A DNA stretch of 63,083 nt, filler included, from Licmophora abbreviata (lineage: Eukaryota): NCBI GenBank assembly GCA_900291995.1. It is 9 parts of 9 records of this genome, joined end to end, with 100 filler letters (N's around TTAATTAATTAA, not from the genome) between each part and the next. Parts side by side here need not be neighbours in the genome. Positions count along the whole stretch, not along the records: positions 1 to 3,955 come from OLMU01000665.1; positions 4,056 to 7,395 come from OLMU01000666.1; positions 7,496 to 11,776 come from OLMU01000667.1; 6 more parts are not named here. The stretch is one strand, 5' to 3'. Under the pieces are notes generated by a model, which worked only from the letters and a program-made list of their open reading frames with translations, searched no databases and had not been told where the DNA came from. The position numbers and the translations under genes are program-made. Shown here one piece after another: positions 1 to 9,851 of the stretch; position 1 is the stretch's first letter; each line of letters opens with the position of its first letter.

Positions 1-259
1 ATGCCGAGCGTTGAGACCGGGGAAGTGACGACCAAGTGCCCTTTCGCGGCAGGGCTGAGAAGCGGCGAACGTGTCTGGTAGTAATTGAAGCTGATGTATT
101 AGGGAGACGAATCCTTTTTCGGCTGATGGAGGAAGCTCGACTTTTGAGAGCTTCCCGTCGAATCATCCTCATCATCGTGGTCAAAGTCAACTTTGCTGCG
201 CTTTCGAGGTAAGGAGGATCACTCAAGGACTCGTATGAAGATGCATTTCTACACAGCAT
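1..259 (-). CDS. Possible 5' part of a hypothetical protein gene running off the window start (needs a 1-nt correction near 210)
   Basis: ATG at 259-257 gives MLCRNASSYESLSDPP; a neighbouring frame is then open to position 1 (LPRKRSKVDFDHDDEDD...). Divergent from bioF across an AT-rich spacer. No recognisable domain. Confidence 0.25.
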   Translation of the reverse strand, partial: MLCRNASSYESLSDPPYLESAAKLTLTTMMRMIRREALKSRASSISRKRIRLPNTSASITTRHVRRFSALPRKGTWSSLPRSQRSA

Positions 260-652
260 TGTGTTGACCCATCACATACATATCTCGTCATCACATCATC
301 CATCACATCTCAGTCGTGTGTGTTGACAATTTTGAAGCGTTTAGGTGAAAGACTTTGAATCAGATAATTAGTGAAAAATACTTTATACCGCTAGAAAGTA
401 TATATTCTGCGCGCGCCAGGATGAACCGCGCCCTCGTCGTCGTCGTCATCTGACATCCACACACCCACCCTCACACAAAAGCACACCATCACACACCCGC
501 ACCATGGCATCCGCACAGCGACGTCCATCCGCCGCTGCTGTTTCTGTCCCACACTGCTTCCCCGAGCCAAGGATGAATCAGTCGACTTTGTAGACTCCTT
601 GGACGTAGTGTAGGCTGATGACTTGACCAGTAATACAGTGAGAACAACAAGA

Positions 653-1996
653 ATGGAGGAACGAATGAATACTCAACTGGCACGCCGACGACGCGAAGGA
701 TCACTTCGACAGTTCATGCCTCTTGTGGAACTCCAAGAGTCTACAAGGCATCCTGACTTTTCCAGCAACGACTACCTGGGTCTGGCACACTGTAGGGAAC
801 AACAAGAGTTCGTGGAACGAACGTATCACGAGTACCTACGACAGCATGACACTACTACGCATCAAACTGCCATCCTTGGTGCGACGGGATCGCGATTGCT
901 ATCAGGCGACTCGGTATTGGCCCGGGAGCTGGAAGATTGGCTGGCACGGCTCCACAGGCGTCCAGCTGCCCTTTTGTGTAATTCTGGATACGATGCGAAC
1001 CTAGCGGTTCTGTCTTCGATTCCACTCCGAAACGACGTTGTTCTGCTGGACGAACTCTGTCACAACAGTTTGGTCATGGGACTTCGCAGCAGTCGGGTGG
1101 GCGAGCGTCACGAGAGATTTCGTCACAACGATGTGACGGATCTATTGCGATTGCTTGAAAAGTACTACAACACTGCGGAGCGTATTCTGATTGTAGTAGA
1201 GAGTGTCTACAGCATGGATGGAGACTTTGCGCCTTTGGAGGACATTCTAATGACGGCACAGCAGTACAAGGCATGCGTCGTGGTAGATGAAGCTCACGGG
1301 CTTGGAATGTACGGCAGTACTAATCCGCATGCCTTGGGACGAAAGAACATGTCTTCAACTATTGGAAGTTCAAAATCCTCTTCTCATCCACCCGGTGGCA
1401 CGGGCGTCCTCGGTGCCTTGCAGCTTGAGTCGCATCCGTCCCTGCTATGTTCCGTGCATACCTTTGGAAAGGCTGCGGGAGCTCATGGGGCTGTCATTTG
1501 TGGATCTCAAACGCTCAAGGACTATCTTATCAACTACGGTCGACCATTGGTGTATTCGACGGCTCTCCCAACGCACTCGTTGATTGCCATTCAATGCGCC
1601 TACAAGACCATGACGTCTGAGCTGGGCGAGACGAGACGTCAACATGTCTTTGGCCTTGTTCAGCTCTTTCGCAGACTATTGTTACAAGTCCTATCCACGG
1701 GTGTCGACGTATCTGTCTCGCTCTGGCCCAGTCCATCGCCCATTCAAGCCTTGGTGGTGCGCGGCAACGAAACGTGCGTGGAGTTTTGTCGGCGTGTCCG
1801 TGCATCGTCAGGAATTCTATTGTTTCCCATTCGGGCACCGACCGTAGCTAGGGGCCAAGAACGAGTTCGGATCATTCTTCATGCGCACAATACCGAGTCG
1901 CAAGTGCGGCAGTTGGTCGATACCTTGTGTATGACACTGCGAGACATGGCTTTGTTAAAAGTACAAAAAGTAGAATTGCCTAGCGCGCGCCTGTAA
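653..1996 (+). CDS. bioF: 8-amino-7-oxononanoate (KAPA) synthase, PLP-dependent
   Basis: Motifs DFSSNDYLGL, GATGSRLLSG, SGYDANL, DELCHNS, ESVYSMDGD, DEAH, HTFGKA (PLP Lys), IRAPTV..G.ERVRI. First ATG at 653. C-terminus is -ARL. Confidence 0.93.
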   Translation: MEERMNTQLARRRREGSLRQFMPLVELQESTRHPDFSSNDYLGLAHCREQQEFVERTYHEYLRQHDTTTHQTAILGATGSRLLSGDSVLARELEDWLARLHRRPAALLCNSGYDANLAVLSSIPLRNDVVLLDELCHNSLVMGLRSSRVGERHERFRHNDVTDLLRLLEKYYNTAERILIVVESVYSMDGDFAPLEDILMTAQQYKACVVVDEAHGLGMYGSTNPHALGRKNMSSTIGSSKSSSHPPGGTGVLGALQLESHPSLLCSVHTFGKAAGAHGAVICGSQTLKDYLINYGRPLVYSTALPTHSLIAIQCAYKTMTSELGETRRQHVFGLVQLFRRLLLQVLSTGVDVSVSLWPSPSPIQALVVRGNETCVEFCRRVRASSGILLFPIRAPTVARGQERVRIILHAHNTESQVRQLVDTLCMTLRDMALLKVQKVELPSARL

Positions 1997-2452
1997 TGGT
2001 ATGAGGCCTGAGTGTGCAAGTTTTTGCTAGGCCGAGCAAGCTTCCTTTTCACGACTTTCTATCTTGCTCGTTGTCAGCATAGACTGTTAGAACCGTTGGC
2101 CTGACTTCTGAATTTGGCTCTTGATGTTTGCGTTTATGTATGAGGTGCGACGAGCAAAAGTAAACCCTGTCATTCGTGCTGCTCCAATGATCGCCAAAAA
2201 ATATAAATGATTATCGTTATCCTCTAATATGTATCAAAAGAGAAGCACATTACATGTATTTGGACATGAATCCTCTATATAGAAAGTTTGGCCAAGTCAA
2301 CCCAGTCTGCTCTCTTAAGTGCGTACAATATCTACCAATACCCACGTGATCGATCTTCCACGTTCCATGCGTCTTGATCACAATTTCGCTTCGAGTCGCG
2401 GCGAAGGAAAACCTCGGGTCGTGCGCTTCAAACTCACCGATATTAAAAGACA

Positions 2453-4679
2453 ATGTAAGGGGGGACAAGATGAATAGGTGTTGAGAGCGTTGAGGGATCG
2501 TATGGACGAAAGAAGGGATTAAAAAGTGGCCCTGGCGAGCGAGCATCTCGGACTTCTATTTTGTCATTGCATCGTGGCTAGGACGCGTGTGCCATGGATC
2601 TCACACGATTGTTTTCGTTTTTCATTTTAGGGTCTCATTCCGTCGCAAGAAGGATAAGCCTGGTAAAGAGGGCAAGGATGAGGTCAAGAAGAAGAGTGGA
2701 AAGACGGAAGAGGTCAGTACAATTGCCACCGTTTGTCATCATTGCTCGCCGAGGATGGGTTCCTGGAAATTCGGTGTTCGCATCACGTGCCGCGTTCCCT
2801 AAGTAAATCGATATGAACAATCCTCTTGGCTGAATAGATGCATATGTCATGCGAACCCCGGTAACGGACCAAAATCCCCCTCCGACCCCAAAAAAATCTG
2901 TTGCGTCTTCGGCGACGAGAAGTGAAGAAACGGCAATGGGAATGCCTTCCGAAGGCGATGAACTGTTTGTGAAACCTGTAAAACTGATATGTTTCCTTGC
3001 ATTTACTTCTCTGCTTGTTTCATCAGCCGCCCAAGGCTGCAGCTGCTCCTGCCAAGCCCCCGACTCTTGATGACATTCCCGACTTGCTTGAGACGATGGT
3101 GAACGAGAAGGGCGAGAAGAGCGCCGCCGCCACCAAGCGTATCTATGAGCTCTGCGATGTTGGGCATAAACAAAACCGTGTCCCTATGGTGTGCTCTGGA
3201 AAGTGGGATGTGCTCACTCCTCTTGCCAAGTGTTTGACCCAGGAGAGCGGAGACGGTCGCCATCTTGCCTGCCTTGCTTTGAACAACCTTTCCATTCCCA
3301 CTGAGAACAAGCGTGTCATGGCTCTCGGACCTGCCTCGCAGGAAGTTATTGGAGGACTCTGCAAGGTCATTGCGGAGGACAAGCAGGAGTCGTACTTGTG
3401 CTGCATCTGTCTCATGAACCTGTCGTTCCTCGAGGCCAGCATCACCAGCATCATGCAGCACTCTCCTGTCGCCGAGGGAAAGAAGGCCCTTACCCCGCTT
3501 GAAAACCCCATCTCGCTTCTCCGTGTTCTCGAAAAGCTTCTTACCAACTCCCCTGCGGCTTCCAAGTCTGGATCCGGAAAGTCTGAGGGTGTGCGCTGGG
3601 CTTGCGGGTTGATCAAGAACCTTGCCAAGAGCGAGGACAATGCAGCTCTTATCGCAAAGACGGAGATCCCTAAATGTGTTGTTGAAAACATTCGTGCCAC
3701 CACTACACCCCCTTCCCGTTGGACCTCCAACAGCTTGGAGGACTTCTCCCTCTTTGTCATTCTCAACTTGGCCCAGTGGGATGTCTCTAAGGAGTCCCTC
3801 TCCAAGGCTGGTGCCGTGGATGTCGTGAAGCCCATCATGGCCGAAGGTGACCTCCAGGGCTTGAAGGCAACCATGGTGAGTGCCTTCCTCGGCGCTGAGT
3901 GGGGCGCCTTCCCCGAGGGCGGAAATCCGTCGGCCACGGCCGTTGCCGAGCTCATNNNNNNNNNNNNNNNNNNNNNNNNNNNNNNNNNNNNNNNNNNNNT
4001 TAATTAATTAANNNNNNNNNNNNNNNNNNNNNNNNNNNNNNNNNNNNNNNNNNNNTGTCGAAAAGAGGGCAAGGATGGACAGTACGCATATGGTGTCTTC
4101 AAGCTATACACTGCCACCAAGGCCTACCGTGACCTTGCCGTCACGGCGGCAAAGGCTGACGGTGGAGATAGCGAGTCGAACACCAAGTGCCTTGCCGTGC
4201 CCTCGGCTGTCGCCTTGAACTTCCAGATTGTGTCTGATCTCGTCCTTTCCGCAATGGAAGACGCCGAGGGTGGTTCCAAGTATGTGCCGGATGCCGCGTC
4301 TTCCGAATACGCTGTTGGTGCAATCGAGGCCATGCTTCCATCTATTATTCAGGCGGGTGATCCCCCCCGCAAGTCGCTCCAGAGCGAGAAGGCCTGCGCC
4401 GAGGTCAGCACCATGCTTATCACTTACTCTGAAATCAATGGAACTTCCGCCGAAGCCAAGGCTAGCGCCAAGAACGCTGCAGAGCAGATCAAGGCTGCAT
4501 CTGGCAATGCCCGCCCAATTCTCGAGATTAGTCACGACTTGTGGACTCAATACCGCAAGCGCGAAGGGCAGCCAATGGATCAGTTTATTTCGCAGGAGCG
4601 AGGCATTGAGGTGGACGAGAGCGGACCGCTTGACTTCTTGCCCTGCGCCAGTAGCGACAGCAATTGTGTTATCCTCTAG
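2453..4679 (+). CDS. Armadillo-repeat-like protein with C-terminal CaaX; exons 2453-2454, 2631-2712, 3027-(gap)-4679
   Basis: Introns 2455-2630 (GTAAGG..TTTTAG) and 2713-3026 (GTCAGT..CATCAG) keep the frame. ARM-like helices ACLALNNLS, CCICLMNLS, WACGLIKNLA, SLFVILNLA. Frame is open after the gap from 4056 to ...DSNCVIL*. Confidence 0.75.
3956..4055. other. Assembly gap with artificial six-frame-stop linker TTAATTAATTAA
   Basis: N44 + TTAATTAATTAA + N44; the same 100-nt spacer occurs 8 times in the window. Confidence 0.97.
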
Positions 4680-4883
4680 AGCATGAAGCGAGTAAACAAT
4701 GATGGAAAGGGTGCCCCTCTTGATCAAGAGCACCCGAAAGAATCGTTTGTTCGTTGGACTATGGCGACCAGTGCGAGTAAATATCTAGTGCGTATCTAAG
4801 TTATTATTCCCCAGTTGTGTTGTGATATTCTTAACAGTGAAGGCCATGCTTTCATTGACTACCGTTAGCCTCGTAGTAGTCGC

Positions 4884-6449
4884 CTACTGAACGTTCGCTG
4901 GAGTAGGGGACGATCTGTTGAAATCCAAGAGGAGGTCCGCTTCGCTTCGAAGGCTTACAACGTGACTAGGCTCTCCAGCCTCTGTGACGCCGTTGCCGCC
5001 TTCATCACCGTTGTCGACAGCTTTTCTAGTCCCTTTCCCTGATGGACAGGACGGGGCCGCCAAGTCACTCAGTGCTTGAGCGGCTTCGTGTTCGTCCAAT
5101 TGTCCCCGTCTCGCTGCTGTCTTGCGCGAGGTTGATTCGCCATTTTTTAGAGCTCGCTTGCGCTTTGGCGGTGAAGCCGCATCTCCAAGGGCAACAATTC
5201 GTTTCAAAGTGGAATTCCATCGGTTCTTGATCGCATTGTCGGTTCTACCGGGGAGAAGCTTCGCAATTTCCGCCCACTTGTTGCCCAGGTCAGCATGGGC
5301 TTCCATGACCTTTTGGTCTTCATTTGTGCTCCACTCGCCCTTATTGATGTCGGGATCGAGATGGTTGTACCAACGTTCACGGCACTGTTTACCAAGTCGG
5401 CCGTTGAGCTGCCGAGCAATATAGGACCACTTTTGTGTACCATACACTTTGATCAATTCCACGAGTGAAGTATCTTCCTCAGGCGTCCAAGGGCCCTTAA
5501 CGAGTCCCGGCTTTAGCACCTTTTGCCACCTATGAAGGCACTGGACGTCACTGCGATCCGCAATGTGAGCAGCAATTCTCTTCCAGTTCCGTCCTCCGTT
5601 CTCTGTTACGGCCCGTCGAAGGAGCGCGTCTTCTTCTGGGGTCCATTTGGCCATGGACGCTCGACGTTTGGTGGAAGGCCAAGTGGGCGTGGAAACAATA
5701 GGTGTTTTCTTCTTTGACAATGGTCGAAGAGAAACATGACCGGGCTTCCCCCCGGGGTGCGCAACGGCTTCCATGGTGGGCGTATGTAAAGCCGTCGGTG
5801 TTGGAGAGTCAGCGTGCTTGGACTTGGAAGAAATGGAGCCGTCTGTAAGCGGTGACACTGGTGCAGAGCCTGGCGGTTCGGACCCCTTCGACGCTGGAGA
5901 GCTGGCACTTAGTGGATGCGGTCGGGGAGGATATGGATGATGATACGAGGGGATATAGCCAGCATAAGTAGGTGGTGGATACGGGTAGGGAGGTGGGTAG
6001 CCGTAGTGGGGAATCGTCATGGGATGAGGGCCACCAGACTGCCAATTGGGTGGATATGGTGCCGGCTGTGGAGGGTAGTGATACCCGTTCGGATGAGCTC
6101 GGTATGCTGAAGCAATTTTTGGTAGCCTTGCTGGGTGCGACCCTTGGGTATCTGGTCTGGTTGGAGCGTTTGCACCCCGGGGAGGGGATCTAGCAGGAGA
6201 CGTAGCGTTTTTCGTCTCTTTCTTCACTTGATGTTTTCTCTCTGAGTAGCGTTGATCAATAGAGGCTTTTGAAGCCTTACATGGCATAATCTCCGTTGCC
6301 TTCGATTTAATCAACTCCTTCGATTCGGTTGGACCCGCTGACGACGCTATGGAAGCAAGGGCACCCAGAGCATCCGCTCTAGCCCTTTTGACCACTCTCT
6401 CGTTCGCCTCCTCTCGGAAGTTCGGGTGATCCTCGATGAGAGACGGCAT
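4884..6449 (-). CDS. MYB3R: Three-repeat (R1R2R3) MYB transcription factor
   Basis: Three tandem Myb repeats: [69 protein letters not shown]. Pro/Tyr-rich N-terminal region. First ATG at 6449. Confidence 0.93.
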   Translation of the reverse strand: MPSLIEDHPNFREEANERVVKRARADALGALASIASSAGPTESKELIKSKATEIMPCKASKASIDQRYSERKHQVKKETKNATSPARSPPRGANAPTRPDTQGSHPARLPKIASAYRAHPNGYHYPPQPAPYPPNWQSGGPHPMTIPHYGYPPPYPYPPPTYAGYIPSYHHPYPPRPHPLSASSPASKGSEPPGSAPVSPLTDGSISSKSKHADSPTPTALHTPTMEAVAHPGGKPGHVSLRPLSKKKTPIVSTPTWPSTKRRASMAKWTPEEDALLRRAVTENGGRNWKRIAAHIADRSDVQCLHRWQKVLKPGLVKGPWTPEEDTSLVELIKVYGTQKWSYIARQLNGRLGKQCRERWYNHLDPDINKGEWSTNEDQKVMEAHADLGNKWAEIAKLLPGRTDNAIKNRWNSTLKRIVALGDAASPPKRKRALKNGESTSRKTAARRGQLDEHEAAQALSDLAAPSCPSGKGTRKAVDNGDEGGNGVTEAGEPSHVVSLRSEADLLLDFNRSSPTPANVQ

Positions 6450-6757
6450 GATGTACTTTCTTTGGCGCAAAGGATGAGCAAGTCCAGATTGCAACGTTCG
6501 AATTTTTCGATTTTGTGGCGAAAATTTCACTGTGGAGCCAACCGTTAGCCCGCGCGCTAATCAAAGATTTTTGTACTAAGTAAATAAGTCGATAAAGCAT
6601 TCATGATCGATTAGGATTATATCGAAACACTTTTTACTCGTTCGAGGGACAGACGTGGACGCGCTTGTCCACCAAAAGATTTGAGATGACATCCTGATGA
6701 GAGATTGATTCGAAACGAAACGAAACCCATCATCAGCCTACCGGCATAAAGGTAACC

Positions 6758-8517
6758 ATGTTGAGCAGAGAAGAAAAGAAAGACGACGGGTCGACTGATG
6801 ACGACACATTCGAATTTACCTGCATCGAACCGCATCCGTACGGGGTCCTCCCGGGAGGAAATGTCTTTTCTTCGAGAGTCAGGCAGCGCACGCGACAGGT
6901 GCCCCTTCCGGACGAGCTCTTCCAGCAGGTGCTTAGTCTCTGCGACGGACATGCTCTAGCCCGAGTCGTCCAGACTTGCCGAGAGTGGTATGTGGCCGGC
7001 CATCAGCCAGAACTTTGGAGAGATGCCGTTTTAAGAGAGCACGGGAAGGTTTTGGAAGAGTTTGTGGGGCACTCTTGGAAGGATACTTACGTGAAGATCA
7101 CGTCGTCCAAATCGAATGTCCCTTTGCATGCCCCCATGGCCGTGCCGGGGGTCTTCTCCGATTACTACTATCGCACACATCTTTGTCGATCTTTTGCGAT
7201 ACCCTCATGCTGGCTACGCGCCGGGGGCAGCATCCCTCGAGTCATGGGAACTCTTTCTGTTGAGGACTTTCTAAATCGATTCGAGAAACCCAATCGACCA
7301 GTTGTTCTTGCGGGAGCCGCCAAGTCTTGGAAGGCGTTCCAGAAGTGGGACAATTTCGACTACTGGGCCAAACTCACACAAAAGACTTATAGAGCNNNNN
7401 NNNNNNNNNNNNNNNNNNNNNNNNNNNNNNNNNNNNNNNTTAATTAATTAANNNNNNNNNNNNNNNNNNNNNNNNNNNNNNNNNNNNNNNNNNNNAACTC
7501 ACACAAAAGACTTATAGAGCCACAAGTGGTGCTGCCCCCCTACCGGCCAACTTCACACTTGGGGCCTACCAGTCGTACTGTAGGGCAAACTGTCTCGAAG
7601 AGGCGCCGTTATACCTGTTTGATCGAACCGCTCTTTTGGATGGGCCATTGAGAGACGACTTCTACCCGGACTTGCAACGCACATGTCCCTTTTGGGACCC
7701 CGCATCTTCTGATATGAACGGTCACGATCTTTTCCACCGTCTCGGTGAAGGCCGACGACCCGATCACACGTGGCTCATTATGGGTCCAAAGCGGTCTGGT
7801 TCTGCGTTTCACATGGACCCTAATGCCACCCAAGCATGGAATGCCGCTATTGTAGGACGAAAACGATGGATATTCTATCCTCCGGGCGTTGTTCCGCCGG
7901 GCGTTCACCCTTCGCCGTCTGGTGATACAGTAGCAATGCCCATTTCACTGGGCGAATGGCTGCTTAACTATTATGCTACCGAACACCTGCCGAATCTTTC
8001 TTCGCCCATGACGAGAGAATCGGAGCGCCCATTGGAGTGCACTGTGGAATCTGGTGACATTATTTATGTCCCGCATGGCTGGTGGCATGCTGTTGTCAAT
8101 TTGGATGACATGAATATTGCAATAACGCACAATTACGTATCTCGCAGCAACTTGCCGACGGTACTACGGTTCCTGGAGAAAAAGCAGGATCAGATTAGTG
8201 GATGTCGTGATCGTGTGGAAAGCATCAAGCCGGAACATTTGAAAGAAGAGTTTCGCAAGGCCATGGTGCAGCACGGCCATGGTGATTGGTGGGATGAGGC
8301 CGAGGCGATTGCCGACGACCGGTGGATCTGCGGTGCCTGGACGGACGAGGCAAATGATAAAGGAAGCATGACGGCTCAGGACCATTCTTCCGCCAAGAAA
8401 CGGAAGCGTCATCAGGCACAAGCCATAGGAACCAACGACTCCGGGGAGACAAGCATTATTGCAAAGGCCAAGAAGGACACGAACCGTGATCAAGGGTTTT
8501 CCTTTTCGTTTCTTTAG
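6758..8517 (+). CDS. F-box + JmjC domain protein (JMJD6-like, plant JMJ22-type architecture)
   Basis: F-box-like LPDELFQQVLSLCDGHALARVVQTCREW. JmjC metal ligands SAFHMDPN and PHGWWHAVVN, plus GRKRW. The frame is continuous once the 25-nt duplicated overlap across the gap is merged. Confidence 0.88.
7396..7495. other. Assembly gap/linker (flanks overlap by 25 nt)
   Basis: 7371-7395 is identical to 7496-7520. Confidence 0.97.
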
Positions 8518-8543
8518 AACGTGTAATTTTAAGACATTGTACT

Positions 8544-9395
8544 CTAGACAATCTGTATGCTCGGGGCGGTCCGTGAGTCAGCGTCATCGGAGGACGGGTT
8601 GTCATAAGTGTTCGCTAATTCAACGGTTGTCTCTTGGCGATCTCTGTACGCAGGTCGTTCCCATCTGTCCATTCCGCCATCCGATGGTTTCGCAATCGGA
8701 TCCAAGGATGACTGCCTAGATGGCTGTGACCTTCGTAGCACGGAAACGAAAAGAGGCTGCCAAAGGAACCGCAGGAGAAGAAAAGGGACACCGATCCCAA
8801 CAAGGACAGAGCGTTCCTCACTATAGAACCGACAAAGGAGTATCCAAATCAAGACAATTGCCAGCCAAACGGACCATCCCCGGTCGCACAAGTCGCACCA
8901 GGAGGACACACGAAGTCTAAATCGCTGTTGCTTCGTGTGCGCGTTGAGCAGCTGTTGCGCTCGTTGCTGGCGACGCTCCAGCCGCATGTCACAGTAGGCC
9001 CGCCAGAGATGAGGTAGCCATGCCACGAGGGCAAACGCGGATGATGGTGGCCATGCCGAAAGCTGCGGTACCGACGGCGACGCTGTGCTCAAGCCCTCCG
9101 CAGCTTCGAACCGGTATCGCTGTAAATCCTCTTCGTCGTCGTCGTCGTCGTCAAAGTCAAACGAGAGCGACGACTGAATACTCCCACCCTTTGGACTGCC
9201 GTGAAAACTATTACTTCGTTGATTAAGGCCATCGTCCGCAGTCTCGAATGACTCGTCGTTTGAGCCGTCATCTTCGCTGTGTCTACTCGCAGTGGCGTTG
9301 ACAATGAGCGACGAGAAGTCATCATCATCCGTGCCACCATCGGAATCTTTCACTCTCTGACGGACACGCTGATACTGTTCCGACGGTACAGACAT
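8544..9395 (-). CDS. Hypothetical membrane protein (acidic N-terminus, two hydrophobic segments near the C-terminus)
   Basis: Open ORF from ATG 9395 (MSVPSEQY). Hydrophobic runs WSVWLAIVLIWILLC and VLVGIGVPFLLLRFLWQPLFVSV. Confidence 0.6.
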   Translation of the reverse strand: MSVPSEQYQRVRQRVKDSDGGTDDDDFSSLIVNATASRHSEDDGSNDESFETADDGLNQRSNSFHGSPKGGSIQSSLSFDFDDDDDDEEDLQRYRFEAAEGLSTASPSVPQLSAWPPSSAFALVAWLPHLWRAYCDMRLERRQQRAQQLLNAHTKQQRFRLRVSSWCDLCDRGWSVWLAIVLIWILLCRFYSEERSVLVGIGVPFLLLRFLWQPLFVSVLRRSQPSRQSSLDPIAKPSDGGMDRWERPAYRDRQETTVELANTYDNPSSDDADSRTAPSIQIV

Positions 9396-9851
9396 TGTGC
9401 AAAGTGAAGCGATTTCGATACAGCGAGCACAAGCCACGGACCAACAGTATCTGGACGATCGGTAATCTGGATGATATAGATCTAGTTCTTCGGTCGTCGC
9501 TTGGGTTCAGTCGCTCACGCAGCTCAGTCGAAAAACAAGCAGCTCCCAGTAGAATGGTAAGAGAAATAAATAACAAGCAACGCCGTGAGTGGGTCCGTGG
9601 CCGTCGTCGTTCTCATTGTCGTTGTGCTGTTGCGTTTGCTTGGTCTTTCACAGATCACGAGCTCTGCAGCTGTCGATCTTTCTCGAAGCCGGCTGCGATG
9701 CATTTTTGAATCCAAGTTCGCGCGCCGTCTCAACGAGAGCTTCACTATATAGTCTCCGTCATCACAGTGGAGGAAGTCATCACCCAACACATACTTATAG
9801 ATTATACATGTGCTCCTGCGCAACTTATTCAACAACCGAACCATCTCTACT

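Noticed and set aside
1..84. Plus-strand mini-ORF MPSVETGEVTTKCPFAAG... with a CPF heme-motif-like string
   Set aside because: Too short and at the window edge; it cannot be distinguished from chance or from the antisense of the minus-strand candidate.
3003..4733. Long antisense ORFs (for example 3143-3955, 4104-4733, and similar ones over the HECT and formin genes)
   Set aside because: They shadow well-supported genes on the opposite strand and have no motifs; they are expected from codon bias.
4861..6550. 10-bp direct repeat ACCGTTAGCC on both sides of the intronless MYB gene (4861-4870, 6541-6550) as a target-site duplication
   Set aside because: No poly-A remnant or terminal repeats, and intronless genes are common here. 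Chance or MYB-site cores explain it equally well.
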